64,000 bases of DNA, from NCBI RefSeq assembly GCF_006345805.1, contig NC_043013.1:19902001-19966000 (forward strand), read 5' to 3'. Each line of letters opens with the position of its first letter. The first letter of the stretch is position 1. The translations under genes were made by a program, and so were the position numbers. Positions 38,418-53,569 of the stretch are shown piece by piece. The notes below the pieces were generated by a model that did no database searches, was not told the DNA's origin, and saw only the letters and a program-made list of their open reading frames with translations. Origin of the DNA: Octopus sinensis (Eukaryota).

Positions 38418-38442
38418 TAATAATAATAATAATAATAATAAT
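38010..38442. repeat. Compound (AAT)n/(AAC)n trinucleotide array
   Basis: Directly visible. It is the source of the poly-I/L/N ORFs. Confidence 0.95.
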
Positions 38443-38899
38443 CTTCAATACAGATGGCAGACAGTTCTGCCGTAGAATCACTTAATGTTTACTTTCAAAA
38501 TTTTATTGAGTTGCTGCAAGGTAAAATTTTCATTGTATTATTTATTTATTTATTTATTTATTGACGTTTGTTTGTTTGTTTGTTTTTTTATCCGAGTTTC
38601 TTTAATGGAACTTACACAACGTTGTCTATGTTGAAAAATATTGCCCAAATAAATGGCTCTTGTGATTCACACTTTCGATTAATAATTTTTTTTTTTTGCT
38701 TTCGTTTATTTTTGGGGCTTTTTTTTTTTTTTGGCTTTTTGTTACCTCTTGCTCGGTGTAGTCAGGATTAATATTTGATTTACTACTACTGCTGCTTCTG
38801 CTGCCCCTGCTGCTGCCCCTGTTGCTACACTGTCAATATTGTTGGTGTTATTTACGCTAATATTATTATTTTATATTCAGTTCAGCCTTTGATAGCTTA

Positions 38900-39052
38900 A
38901 GGTAACAACAACAATAATGACAATAATAATAATAATAATAATAATAATAGCAATAATAAAAGCAATAATAATAATATAATAATAATAATAATAATAATAC
39001 CGAATGATGATGATGATGATGACGATGATGATGAGAATGACGATAAGGATGG

Positions 39053-39086
<34 letters not shown>

Positions 39087-39133
39087 AATGATGATGATGA
39101 TGATGATGATGAAGAGAATGGCGATAAGGATGG

Positions 39134-39193
<60 letters not shown>

Positions 39194-39200
39194 TAATGAT
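38900..39200. repeat. (AAT)n + (GAT)n array with an internal higher-order duplication
   Basis: GAGAATG(A/G)CGATAAGGATGGTGATG occurs twice within the (GAT)n, at ~39032 and ~39114. Confidence 0.9.
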
Positions 39201-39608
39201 AATAATAAACACCAGAATTTGCAAATAAATTATCATTTTTATCCAATAAACGTCAAAATATCCTTCCAGAATCAGATATTCATATTTGCTTTTTTTATTT
39301 CATATTTTGGCAAGCTTCGACCGAAACAGATGGTAAAAAAATATCAGATAGAGTTTAAATAAGTAATTTTAAAAATATAAAATAAGAATATAAAATAGAT
39401 GGAAATATCCACAAAAAGAGGGGGGAAAACAGTTAGTTGGGAAGTGATACAATAAAAAATATTAAAAGAAAACACAATTTTAACATTGAATATTCACATC
39501 AGAAATATAGATTGTAAAATCAAATAGTTCGATGAAGCTATTAAAGCGGTTATACGAGGATATGTGAGAATTAAAGGGTGTTTGTTTGTGTGCGTGTGCG
39601 TGTGCGTG

Positions 39609-39643
<35 letters not shown>

Positions 39644-40014
39644 AGATGTTTAATAGCGCGACTGCGTGAGAATATGTGTGAAAAGCATAAAAAGTTTCTA
39701 GATATAAAATTATTTGTGTGAAGCACACACACATATAAATATATATAGCGGTGTGTCAGCTGTAGAAGGTTGTTGTGAAGTTGGTGGGACAAGGTATGTA
39801 TGTGTGTGTGAGTATATATATATATATATATACATATGTGTATGTAAGTGTGTGCTTATATACATATATATATATATATATACATTAATATATATATATA
39901 TATATATATATATACGCGTTACACAAAATTGTCCGGTTTAATAAGCCTTTATAGCAATCAAACTTTATTTATTTCACATTTGGTACATCTGTCTGCACAC
40001 ACACACATATATAT

Positions 40015-40060
<46 letters not shown>

Positions 40061-41004
40061 TATTTACCCACATGTATATATAGACACATATAGAGGTGTA
40101 ATTGACGTATGCATGTATCTATATCTATATACGCATATATTTTATGTACACATACAAACACACACTGGCATCAAATGGGATTAAAGGTCCTACTCGAGCT
40201 ATAGGCTCATAAGGCCGATTTCCCAGATGCTTAGCTCAGCTCTTCGTCGAAAATACTGAGGAACTCATAGAGCTACTGAATAAAAAAAAAACGAAAGGAA
40301 TTGGAAATGTGCAGTAAAATGTTGATTCACGGTCAGACGGTTTCTGATTATGAAATAAAACATTCGAATCATAAACTCCGTATCAGCTGATCATACACCA
40401 AACTGGTCCGGTATGATCAGGTAATATAAAGCTAAGTTGGGACTGCTAATGACACCCACATTAGAGTGTCTAAAGACAACCAAACTCAGATCACCCAATA
40501 TACAACAGGAGGTCTTGGGTAGTTTTAAAAATCACACTACGCTACTGGTCTTCGATCAGCTAATGTACAATTACCTTGAGCACCTGAGATGTCTGTTAAC
40601 TTGCTTGACACCAAAGCTACTCACGAGTAACAACAGGAATAGCAATTTGAACGCAAGTCTTGCGTTGAATTTTTTATGATCTAGTCCAACGTTTCTGGTG
40701 GATTTCTACCAACTTTAGCAGAGTTACCCCACATGTTTCTCTTTTCACCAATAAAATTTCTTTTGTAAGAATTGTTTTCATATTATTATCTTTCCATTTT
40801 ATAGATCTCATAAACATGAAATAGTTAAGCATGTGTCTAACTACTACTTTGTTTGTATACATTATTTTTTCCATCCCTTAACTGCAGAACTACGTTTATT
40901 CTATTACCGCTATGAATAGTCCCTAGCAGACAAACAGACAATTGATCGTTTACGTCAGAAAATTGCTTAATTGTTTTGAAGCATTCTATATACTAAATCC
41001 CACA

Positions 41005-41720
41005 GAGGTTAACTTCGCCTTTCATCCTTCGGGGTCAATAAAATAAAGTACAAGTAAAAGTGCTGGGGTTCATGTAATCGCGTAACTCCACCTAAATTCG
41101 CTAATTTTGTGCTAAGATCTAAAACATTATTACTATTATTATTACTACTGGGAAGGCGGCGAGCTGGCAGAAACGTTAGCGCATTGGGCGAAATGCTAAG
41201 CGGCATTTCGTCTGCCTTTACGTTCTGAGTTCCAATTCCGCCGAGGTCGACTTTGCCTTTCATTTTTTTCGCACTGGGATCGATTTAATCCCTTTGTCTG
41301 TCCTTGTTTGTCCCCTCTATGTTTAGCCCTTGTGGGCAAAAAAGAAATAAGAATCTTTAGCACGCCAGGCGTTTCGTCCGTGGTTACGTTCTAAGTTTAC
41401 TTTTCATCCATTCGGGGTCGATGAAATAATTACCAGTTACGCACTGGGGTTGATGTGATCGTCTAGCCGCCTGCCCCACAAATTTCAGGCCTTGTACCTA
41501 TAGTAGAAAGGATTATTATTAATATTATTTCCTGTATTAATAGTAATACTTGGTATCCTTACATCCGTGTGTGCATGTTCTGGGTTCAAATTCCGTCGAC
41601 GTTGATTTTGACTTTCATACTTTAAGAGTCAATAAAATAAATACCAGCTGAACACTAAGGTCAATGTAACCGAGTTAGCTTCTTCCCAGAGACTGCTGGC
41701 CTTGTGCCAAAATTTGAATG
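41005..41720 (+). mobile_element. Cluster of at least four Meta-like SINE copies of different ages, same orientation
   Basis: Cores at ~41008, ~41222, ~41385 and ~41578. Head GGCGGCGAGCTGGCAG at ~41156. Both tail A (41290-41350) and tail B (41470-41520) are present. Confidence 0.8.
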
Positions 41721-42689
41721 CAATAGTAATAATGATAATGATAATAATTATAATAGTAGTAGTAGTAGCAGCAGTCGCTGCTGCGATATATTTCTCATAT
41801 TAACCTATTTTAATCGACATTTAACAATATTTTGTTTTATTTTCATCGTATCATCCAATTTCTTTAACCAATTTTTATTTTACGTTATTTAAAGTTTCAT
41901 CACCCCCCCCCTTCTTCACTTTCTCCTCCTCCTGCTTTTTCTCTTCTTCTTTTTCTTCTTCATTATCAGTTACAACAACAACAACCAAAACTGCGATGAC
42001 AACTGCTACCGAGCGAAGTGCAAGCGGAAGAGCGCAAACAAGGGTGTGTGTATGAGTGTATATATGTATATATATATATATATTATATATATATATATGT
42101 ATGTATATGAATATGTATATATATATATATATATATCCATATATATATATACACACACACATATATATGTCTGTGTGTGTGCGCATGTATAAATATATAT
42201 ATATATAATATATATATATATATACATACATACAGAAATACACACACGCACACACACTCACACACAGAGAGAGAAATAGAATATCCGTGTGTATCTGCGT
42301 GCGTTCCACAGTCTGTTGAACCGTCGCCCACGAAACAGTAACAGATCAATAACCAATAACGAAAGCAAACGAAGTCAATTAGAAAGATCTCCTCCATTGC
42401 ATACTAATGTTCTCATATAGTAATATACTAATAAACTTATTATTACACTAACTAGTTCTATAATCAATATAACCATTAACATTCCACAATACTAAACGAC
42501 TGTCTTTTTTTTTCTTGTATAAAATTATTCAATGTACACAAAAAAAATTAATGACTTAATAAAACCATCGATTTTACATTATGCCAAATCAATGGGGTTT
42601 TCTTTTTTTACATATACTTTTATTACATTCCAAGCAATCGACGAACTGACAAAATCTTTACCACTCCGGACAAAAATACTTCGTGTTAT

Positions 42690-42830
42690 TTCATCATTTC
42701 TTTTTTTATGTTCTGAGATCAAATACCACCAAGGTCGACTTCGCCTTTCATCCTTTCTGAGGTGTCAAAATTAGTACCGTTTGAGCATTCTACCATTTGA
42801 TTTAATTGAGTATAACCAGCCGAAATTGCA
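42690..42830 (+). mobile_element. Degenerate Meta-like SINE
   Basis: GTTCTGAGATCAAATACCACCAAGGTCGACTTCGCCTTTCATCCTTTCTGAGGTG core. Confidence 0.6.
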
Positions 42831-42906
42831 GAGATTATCTGGAACTCGACTAAAGAAAGAAAACTGCGAATGACCCGTCCTTGTCATTTTTGTTATTCCA
42901 ATATAT

Positions 42907-43026
<120 letters not shown>

Positions 43027-44431
43027 CGAAGTCGACGTATGGGTATTCAGCGAGAATACAGAAAAAAATCCAACCAAATAAGCAATCAACAACACATTCA
43101 CACTAGCACTATTATTCACCAATATTTACAATCTATTCACTTCACCCGATCACTCCACATGTGCGTCCTCAGGGCACCACAGGAATATGGATATGAGTAT
43201 GACTTATTAAACCAGTGTGTGATCTAGCTGTGAAATCCCAATACGGACAATGGTGGTTTGGGGGAAGATTGTTGTTCTATTGCTTTCTTTTTCTATCTCC
43301 CTTTAACTAACAACTCTTGATGTTGCATCATTTGACTTTCGAAATTTTGAAACTGAAAAAAATCACTCACTCCTCCATACTGCACGGTTTCTTGCAAGAT
43401 TCCCTGACCTTTCTTTCCTAATACTGAAGTGTTTCAAATTATCTTTTAATTTGTCTTTAAAACGTAGAGCTGGCTGGCCTACATTTCTTCGTGAATTTAC
43501 AAGCGGACGATAATAGATTTATTTTATTATTTGACCTCTGTTCATGCAATGGATGTGTCCATACCATCAAATATAAGACTTGATTAAGAAATCGGAAATC
43601 TTCTAATCCAGGTATTCTATATATTTCCCGAAGAGTGCTATTCTTCAATCTAACCTATCTTATTTGCCAAAGCCATCTGAAATGAAAGTTATTCAACTAA
43701 CTCATGTGCTTACAATGAGTTGTCTAGGTCTCTGCTGCATATAGAAGAGTTGTTACGACAACTGACTTTTTGTCCTTACAAAGATATCATTGGCAGTCCA
43801 AAGTCGATTATAAAATTTCCCAATAGCTATACTAGCCTTCCCATTACGAGTTTGAACCTCGCTCTGGAGTTTAGCATCGCTTGTCACAAACACAGCATTG
43901 ATTGTATCATCTATAACATCAAGGGACTGAGTCTGACCGCCACTTTGGAGAACCAATGCTTCCATATATTTATGTAGAGACACTATGACATTTAGCATTT
44001 GTTCGAGAGGCCCGATGTTTCCATAAGGCCTGCCGACATAGAGTAAAATGCTTTTCTAAGGTCAATAAATACCATATAAAGGTTTTTTTATTGTGCTGCT
44101 GGGCCTTCTGAATCTGTCGCATACTGAATATCATACCCACTCTCCTTCGACCTGACCTAAATCCACATTGACTCTCTGAATAGACAGAACCGACTAGGTC
44201 AGTGTTAATTGTGTTTGTCTCTAAAGAGGATTTTCCTGCAACGGACAGCAGCAACATGCCACGAGGATTGTCCCATTAACACTTATTATTTTTGTAGCTA
44301 TACAGATGCACGGTCGTTGCATCTTTAAATTGTTGGGGGAAAGTTCCAAGTTGCCAAATTCGGACTAAAAGCCCTGTCAATTTATTTATCAAAATATTTC
44401 CGCCATATTTATAAATTTCTCCAGGAATACC

Positions 44432-44665
44432 TATTTCTTTATTACCCACAAGGGGCTAAACACAGAAGGGACAAACAAGGACAGACATAGGTATTAAGTC
44501 GATTACATCGACCCCAGTGCGTAACTGGTACTTAATTTATCGACCCCGAAAGGATGAAAGGCAAAGTCGACCTCGGCGGAATTTGAACTCACAACGTAAC
44601 GGCAGACGAAATACCGCTAAGCATTTCGCCCGGCGTGCTAACGTTTCTGCCAGCTCGCCTATTCC
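44432..44665 (-). mobile_element. Full-length Meta-like SINE (tail A) inserted in the RTE RT domain, 16-bp TSD
   Basis: TTTCTCCAGGAATACC at 44416-44431 and 44666-44681. Confidence 0.92.
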
Positions 44666-45879
44666 TTTCTCCAGGAATACCATCCTCTCCTGAACTATTT
44701 CATTTGTCAATTGTTTTATAACCACTTCCTCTTCATTCATATTTGGACCCAGTGCAAGAAAGTTATTTCTCGGACTTTGTGGGATATTATTGATTGGGTT
44801 CATGTTAACATTTGTATCCGTATTGTGAACAGCTTTAATATGCTCTGCTCAGCCTTTCAATATGCAATTAGAATCTCTGAGAATATTCCCTTCTTTAGAA
44901 AGGGCAGGAGAGCACCCTTCTTTACTTGAACCAAACACCCGCTTCAAATTTTGATAAAGACCTGTCTTTTCATGTTTACCAGTTCATTCTTGCAGAGCTT
45001 TTAACCTTATGAGCGCATCACTTTTAATTCATTTTCGGGATTTAGTTTGAAGAGATTATTTGGCAGAGTTGTAAAGCTTTTCCTTTCTAGCACTTCTTAT
45101 CTGCAATGCATTCTTTGTGACGTACATTTCTTGAACCTGTTCATTTGTAACCTTATCATTTTCATGAAGCCAATGTTGGTTTCTACAGCATGAAAACCCA
45201 AGACTTTCTCTGCTGACTTATGCATAATATCTCTAAGTTGAGCCCATAATTCTTTTCTATTTTCTGTGATTCTAACAAAATGAAACTTTTCATTACGTGT
45301 TTCATCGAGAAAAATCCTTGTTGTTATCTACTTTATGCTTTGAAATATCAAGTCTCCTTATGGTTTTGTTTTATGGCCGGCTTTGGTGTCATTTTGACCT
45401 TACTACTAAACATCGCTCGGTCACATCTGCATTCTGTTTTATGGAAAGAACGTGTGAATTTGACATCTTTATAGCTCGGCTTCCAACATTTACGTAGTCA
45501 ATCGAGTGACCATGACCTGCTCTAGCACTATACAAAGCTATATTGCTTTTATTGGACTATTCCGAAAGCTTATTTATGACAGGAATTTCAAACTCACTGC
45601 ACAAGGATAGTAGCAAGAGTCGATCAGAGTTCATTTTGCCAAGATCATGCTTACTAAAAATATTCGACCAAGAATGATAACCTATTCCAGCAAGGGCGTT
45701 AAAATCTCATCAGAGGAAAGAAATTATCTTGACTGGGAATTCGGTCTGGTAATATTCGTAAATCAGAATAGAATTTATCTTTAGCTGTATCTGTAGAACC
45801 AAGTGTTAGTGCGTATGTACTTACAAGTGAAGCATATTTTTCTAGGCCAACTGGGATTCACAGTATCATTGGTGTTGCC

Positions 45880-46197
45880 GACAGAGCGGTTGGTGTGTTT
45901 TTCAACCATGGGATTACGAGTGGTGGGATTAGAAACCCAGAAATCGAGGTTGGTAAAGTCGCAGAAATCCTCCGACAATCACTTCTGACTCTTTCTGGGG
46001 GTGAAGCAGGGAATCAAATCCTGCTCCCACACATATGGGACAGAGCGGTTGGTGTGTTTTTCAACCATGGGATTACAAGTGGTGGGATTAGAAACCCAGA
46101 AATCGAGGTTGGTAAAGTCGCAGAAATCCTCCGACAATCACTTCTGACTCTTTCTGGGGGGTGAGGCAGGGAATCAAATCCTGCTCCACACATATGG
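45880..46197. repeat. 159-bp direct tandem duplication
   Basis: 45880-46038 and 46039-46197 are near-identical (GACAGAGCGGTTGG...CACATATGG). Confidence 0.92.
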
Positions 46198-46911
46198 CTG
46201 CCCAGCAGCAACAACGCTTCAGCCCGGCATGAACCACAGTGTCTAGTAGCTTCGTACAGTTATCCGAATTGAGCTTAAGGCCCTGTTTTATCAGTTTGGG
46301 GATAACTTCCGGCGTGTGGAAACAACCAGAACTCCTGCTGCGCTTCATTCTGCCGGCGACCGTTTACAGCCTTCATTACAGCGGTCTATGTCTCGTTGTA
46401 CAGCTTTATTCAATGTTCACAGAGCATTCAGCATCAACCATGACGACAGCATTTTCATATCAACTATGGTAAATCTTTTGCAAGATTCAGATGGGTTCCC
46501 GTCCTGCATGTGTCAGCTAAACTTTTTTTCAATTGCAAATTTAATCATTTTTTTTCTCAAAAACCGTTGGCTCTTCTGCAATACAAACGTTCGTCAAATC
46601 CAGCCCGAACAGCCTCTCTGTGTGTGTGTGTGTGTGTATGTGTGTGTGTGTATGTGTGTATGTGTACGTGTGTGTGAGCATGTATGCGTGCGCGTATGTG
46701 TGTGTGTATAGTATACACATTATATATGTATATATTATAAGTACATGAAAGAATGGAGTTGAACGACTAGTTAATAAATATCCTTTATTCTCGACATATC
46801 TATGCCCTAGGGACGTAGCTTCAACCGTGTTCTTTCTAGTGTGAATTTGCTACCCAGGCATCGGTTATCTTTCGAATTATCCTTAATAAAATAATTCATT
46901 CAACTACTCAA

Positions 46912-46963
<52 letters not shown>

Positions 46964-47285
46964 TGTGTGGTGTGTGTGTGTGTGTGTGTGTGTGTCTGTG
47001 TATGTATGTTGTTTGTATGTATGCGAAAATAAAATGGAGAAATCGCCAGAGAGACATCAATTTATTAATAGAATAATCTCGGTTGAGATTATTTGTAATT
47101 GCAGTTCTATTAATAAATTGATGTCTCTCTGTCGATTTCTACTACGTTTTCTTCTACATAAATGTTAATATACCAACTTGCATCGATGAGAAGCAAACAT
47201 CTTTTTAATACTTCACCGATACACTGGATCATAACCGAGGAACTCGGTTGCTGACACACCACTTTGAGAGGTATATATGTCCTCG

Positions 47286-47331
<46 letters not shown>

Positions 47332-47429
47332 TATGCATATATGTATACATATGTATATATGTATACATGTGTATATATATATGTATGTATATAAATATAT
47401 ACACACACACCTATATATATATATATATA

Positions 47430-48500
47430 ATATTGTTCCAATGACGTGACACACTGTTCTGAAAGTCTCGTGTATCTCGAGAGCGCAACCCTGGTTTATT
47501 TTTAAGGTTGTTACGGAAATCGTTATGTCATTATTCATGGAATATATTTCATATTGTACACATATCGTAGCACTTATTTTTATTTCTGTCTGCTTCAATT
47601 CTGATAATATTTTGATTGCTACAAGAAGACCACTCCTGGAAAGCGTATTCCAGATGAGACACGGTAAAGTTAGTAAAGATATGGATGATCGTTTCGGGAT
47701 CTGTAGCTGGGGAAGTTTCAAGGACTTATGACTACATTCTGCTGGTCAAGACACTCCAGGAAATGTTGTTTTTGAGAGTATTACCAAGCTCCACTTTGCC
47801 CCATTGCATTACAATGAAGCGGTTAATATTGGAATTTGAACCAGATAATATTTATATTGTATTGCAGCATCTCCTGTGTTCAGAAAAATATATAATGTAT
47901 AACTGTCTGATTAAGAATAACATTGCTTATCAATAGACACTGGGCATGATTCGACGCAGTGGCAACTTAGGGCAAGTGAACTCGATTAAACCCGGAGTCG
48001 ACAGAACTCTCGTGAATATAGGAAGCAGGTATTGTACAAATAAAGGAAGCAGGTATTGTACAAATATAATAAGGTAACAGGACAGCTACAAAAGTAGTAC
48101 AGGTAAATTTAATCAGGTTAGGTAGCTTTGTATATCTTTCAGATTTTCTGTACAAGTGCTTCAATAAAAGACTGCTTCAAGAGTTGCTGCTTGTACAAAA
48201 TGTCCCCAAGATACCATTATTAGCTGTTGTATTCGCGAAGGAAATTACACCTTCATTCTAATGACATATTTCCACATTTATAACCCGAACAGGCCACTGA
48301 TTGTACCACGGGATTGGACCTTTATTGAATATCATATCCTGCCACTTAATCACACACATTTTGTGAAAACAATGTCGAAGGAAACAATCTGTCTTATCTG
48401 CCTAGTATACAAGGTTTACCCCCTGACATAAATACTTTGTTCCACAGTTGTACATGTTTGAAAACATCTATGACTGTTTTGGTGCAAAATGGCTGAGCTC
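47430..48500 (-). mobile_element. CR1/L2-like LINE RT C-terminal fragment, very decayed
   Basis: Minus strand IFTNFTVSHLEYAFQEWS resembles the LY...VRPHLEYA.Q.WSP motif. A weak ISFANTT resembles LFADDT upstream. There is a 22-bp internal duplication at ~48020-48066. Confidence 0.55.
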
Positions 48501-49201
48501 TTTGTGGTGATTGAACGAACAACGGGCTTTGCGGCAGCCGACAGGGAGTGTGCGATTCTTTGAAAATGCTCAAGCTTTAGAAGCAACAAGAATAGTCATC
48601 TACAAAGAGCAGCTACACACACTCACACACACACATAGACACACATATTTTTCATAATTTTCTTTTTACCACGAAGTCGTTAAAAACTGAAAACGTTACT
48701 ATCATTTCGTAATTGTGTCTTACAGTCAATTGGTATTTGTTTGAAAAATTTATCAAGCGTAACTGAGATGTTGCATACCAAATGAGAGAAATACAGATAC
48801 TCGCTGGACGTAATCAACTGCAGACACTTGCATAATTTTGTGAACCAATTCAATGGCATTAATACATCTGCAACAATTAAACGCGCATTTTATATACACA
48901 AATGCAACAAAAGAAACTATTCTCTTAGAAAGAGTTATATATCACAATCAAATGCTGGTTACTGTACTATACACTCTTGCGACCGTATTAAGATACTGCA
49001 TATTCTACAAGCACAATTTTACTATGAAGTCAAAGTTCTATGCAACGAATCGTGTGATAAAAAATATGTAATCAAACTCCATAGAATAAACATTAAAAGA
49101 TGTTTCAAAGGAAAGATATTGACTTTATACATCATTAAATTCTTTATTATTAACGAATAAATTCTAGATTTATATATATATATATATATATATGTATGTT
49201 T

Positions 49202-49247
<46 letters not shown>

Positions 49248-49277
49248 CGCATATTTATATATATACATGTGTGTATA

Positions 49278-49332
<55 letters not shown>

Positions 49333-50846
49333 GTATGTATATATGTATATATACGCATATTTATATATATACATGTGTGTATATATATATATATTATTGA
49401 TGCATACATACATCCTTTCATTCCTGTGTATGCCTACATGCATTATGCATCCATTCCTACATACATACATAAATACATGCAACCATGCATCCATTCATAC
49501 ATACATACATACATACATACATACATACATACATACATACATACATACATACATAGAAAATTCGTCATCAACTTTTTCAAACCCATCATTGTCTATATTA
49601 ACATAACTTTGAACGCTTTCACTAAAAGAATGGAATAATTCATGAATACGATCCAACATTCTTGAACTGTTTATAAATTCTTGAATTCGCATTTTTTTTT
49701 AATGATTCTTGTTTATCCATTTCTGATTCTTTTGTGATTATTTTTCTCTCTTTCCATTTGTTTCCATATCTCAATCAGAAATCTATTGAAGCATTCAGTT
49801 CAAAAGATTTACAAGGCTCTGTATTCTATTCTTCATAAAGATTCAGCTTTCTAGTAAATCAAAATGGTATAAATATCTTATCAGGAACTGCAGTGATGGA
49901 TAAGAAAACAACAATAAAACACACACATATATATATATATACACACACACACACACTCACACACAAACAAACACGCACGCATACAAACAAACATCTATAG
50001 TGCCAGTAATAACATAAAGACAAGAAAAAACAGTAACGACAACACAAAGAGCATCACCACCACCACCACCACCACCACCGACAACAACAACAACATTAAT
50101 GATGATGATGATCATATTTATGATAAAACTATGATGTTGAAAATGATAATGAACCTGAGTATGATGGCGGTGATCGTGGTAGGGCTGGTGGTTTTGTGAT
50201 GGTGGTAGTGGTGGCAAATGGTATCTACAGTTTATATAAGGTCATAAATATACTGAGTTGCTATACATAATACATCTGTGCGCACCAACGACGTTGTTAT
50301 TTTTCTTTTCATCTTTGATAAGCATTATGTAATGTTAGTAAGAACAAAAACTAGTATTGTTTATAGGTTCACTATTGATTTCATCCTACATTAACCATCA
50401 TACTATATTGAAATTTACAAACGAAAAAAAAAAAAAAATAGAGGCATATTTAAATCGATGCAAATTGGATGCAAATTGTAGATGCTAAAAACGGCAATTA
50501 GATATAGATTATTTCAATAAGCTCAACCAATTAACCAAATATTTCCAGGCCTAATGCTTAATGAGATGGGCTTAGTGTTATAAAATTGTGAGTTCGATTT
50601 CTAGATGCTAAAATCAGCAGTTAGATATTACTATCCACGTGTTATATTATTCATGCATCAATTTTATGCAAAGAAGAGTACTGCATGTGTAGCCGGCCCT
50701 AGGATATACTCTAGGATAACCAAATACCAGCATCAGAGCTAAATAACGACATGAGAATTCTTCAATGCATGTTACGAGGTTTTTAACCAAATTATACTAA
50801 ATATATTCATAGATACATACGTGCATATATACATATACATATACAT

Positions 50847-50879
<33 letters not shown>

Positions 50880-50929
50880 CACACACATATATATATATAT
50901 AGCCACGACACACAATTTTCTCTCTGTGT

Positions 50930-51065
50930 TTCTCTCCTTGTTTCTTTCTGTGTTCCTTTCTGTAGAAGAGCGTAGGCTCGAAAAGTAAAACACGTTTTCA
51001 ATTCCTGAGCGTTATACTAATACATCTGTTTGTTTTCTACACCACCTGTCTCCGTCTATTGTTTT
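50930..51065 (+). mobile_element. Probable Penelope-derived short repeat with a hammerhead-like motif
   Basis: CTGTAGAA-GAGC-GTAG-GCTC-GAAAAGTA at 50960-50987. Homologous to 22120-22275. Confidence 0.5.
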
Positions 51066-51077
51066 TTCGTGAATTTT

Positions 51078-51138
<61 letters not shown>

Positions 51139-51941
51139 AGTGTGTATATATACATACATACATGTATGGATGTATGTATGCATTTATGGATGTATGCACT
51201 GAAAATTCTCTATTTCGAATGAGATTGCATAACAATTAACCTTTGCTTAGAACTCTACTAGATCCATGTCTGCGTCCAACTTTCAATCGAGTATTGAAAA
51301 TCGTTTGATATTATAATTGGGGGGTAACAGTCCATATGTCTAAGGAAAGACTCGTTCTTCATAGGACAGACAGTCTGATTCCAAATAATCTCGCATTAGA
51401 ACCAGCCAATCATCTGCATATTGTCACCATCGTTGTAGTATGCAAATGGATACAAATGCACATACACACGTACATTTATACACGCATAAACATATATATA
51501 TATATATATAATATATATATATAATATATATATTATATATATATATATATACATATATATGTATATATATATATGTATACACACAAACACACACTCATAT
51601 ATATATATATAAATGCAATAAATAAATAATAGTTTTTCTCAGACATCAGAAGATTTGGATTGAATCAATATTCTCATCAATCAGAAAAAAATCTTTACAG
51701 ATCAGATCTGCATTGAATCGAATCTGTTGTGTTTCTTTTAGTATGCATCTTATACATACATTCATATAAATATATATAATTATATAATTTATATATATTT
51801 ACACACCCGCGCACACACATATATATATACATATATTTATATACATATATGTGCATATATATATATATAGCTGCGTGTATGTGGACGTATGTATATGCTT
51901 GTATGTGTATGTATGTGTGTGCATAAGTGTGTGTATTTATA

Positions 51942-52003
<62 letters not shown>

Positions 52004-52106
52004 GAGTGTATGTATGTGCATGTCTTATATCTATATTTATATGCATATTTGCGTATAAATGTATTTGTAGGTACATTTATATACATATACATTTATATAT
52101 ATACAC

Positions 52107-52149
<43 letters not shown>

Positions 52150-52151
52150 CG

Positions 52152-52182
<31 letters not shown>

Positions 52183-53425
52183 GCATATATATACACATAT
52201 ATACGCACGTACGTACATTCATACATAGATTCATACATTCATACATACATACACATACTCACGAATACGTGCGCACGCACACATATTCCCAAGCACAATA
52301 TGTTTTCACATTGTAAACTAAGCTCATATGCTGTAGACAGAATAGTTATGAAATTGTTTTCACCGTTACACATAAAATCTCAAATCATATACTTATTACA
52401 GCTGCTGTCATATGAATATTAGTCCGGAGTCAAGAATGAGACAAGCATTATCAAATTATTCCTGACATTTACCATCAATTTTACAGCAAATATTAGGATT
52501 ATGTGGAAATTACATAATTCTCAGACGCCATCTGTATGAGAGAAAACAATTAAATGGATAGCCGCATATATATTACATGGAACGTTGGTGAGTTGAACTC
52601 TAGGAGAGAATTGAATTAAAGTAGTCTGTGATTAGTGTCATATTGCAAGTGTTTGAAACAAAAACGGGCGACAACTCGGAAAATATTTTCGCTTTATTTT
52701 AAGTCATCAGCGAAATGCAACTTCAAAGTTTTGTTTGGTTGGCTTATATCCAAGCCAAATATGTTTGACTAGACCAACGATTGCAGATATTCTGGTAGTG
52801 AGCATCACGTCATTGTTGTGGGAATGCGTACGACTGTATTACATAATGCATCCCTAAAGAATTACGTCGATCATGTATGATTGATGGTTGACTTGTTGTG
52901 GATTCGAGAAGTTCGCTTACTCACCTAGAGGATTTCTTGTTTGCTTATGTAACCTCAGGATAATTTGAAGTGATTTCATCAGGAAAATAACACTAAGAAC
53001 ACACTAACATTTTATATTTCTTGCTTTCAAATGTATTTGATTAAAATTTAATTATTACAGATGTGTAATGGGAATTGGCTACAGAATCTAATGGACGAAG
53101 TTTACACTTTCCTTACATTGCATGTATTGACGTACTTACAGGGAATCATACGTCTTAACAACTGAACAACAGTTAATATAGTGTATACATTTTAAGACTG
53201 ATTTAATAAATGCACCTTTTATCCAAACTCCTAACGATTTCGGTAGTGGGAAAAATTAGTATTGCTCAAAAGACTAAGACAGAATATTCCAAATATAAAC
53301 AAAAAGTGTTGTCTTTCGCGAAATTAAAACGGTCATCGGACAGATGCCCGTGGACAGTACAAAACTCATAGACCCTGTTATTGATGTTGAAATTCCAATG
53401 AAAAAGTTTGGGATCTAAGTTAGAA

Positions 53426-53468
<43 letters not shown>

Positions 53469-53569
53469 ATTGGCAAAATAAAATTGGATAATGACATACA
53501 TACATATATACATATGTGTTTGTATGTAGGTACAAACACATATACCATACTGAGTCAAAAGTTTTTTTT

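Larger units (their letters stand above)
43450..46470 (-). mobile_element. RTE-clade LINE, decayed, with internal deletions, a SINE insertion and a duplicated 5' segment
   Basis: Ordered minus-strand remnants: putative 5' UTR (46470-45880); endonuclease C-half (STYALTL...DKFYSDL; GKMNSDRLLLLSLCSEF; IDYV); linker (W..LRDI..AEKVLG); DGIPGEIYKYGG...FKDAT.VHLY; GMLLLSVAGK...ESQCGFRSGR..MIFSMRQIQ; then a jump to the post-RT region (IDDTINA...KASIAIGK..NRLW). Confidence 0.85.

Noticed and set aside
37888-39246. Long poly-Leu/Ile/His/Met/Ser ORFs
   Set aside because: Products of (AAT)n, (AAC)n and (GAT)n arrays.
52480-52590. Acceptor/donor-like pair (TTTACAG ... GTTG|GTGAGT) on the plus strand
   Set aside because: All three frames contain stops for either acceptor. 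It is at best a non-coding exon and is unsupported.
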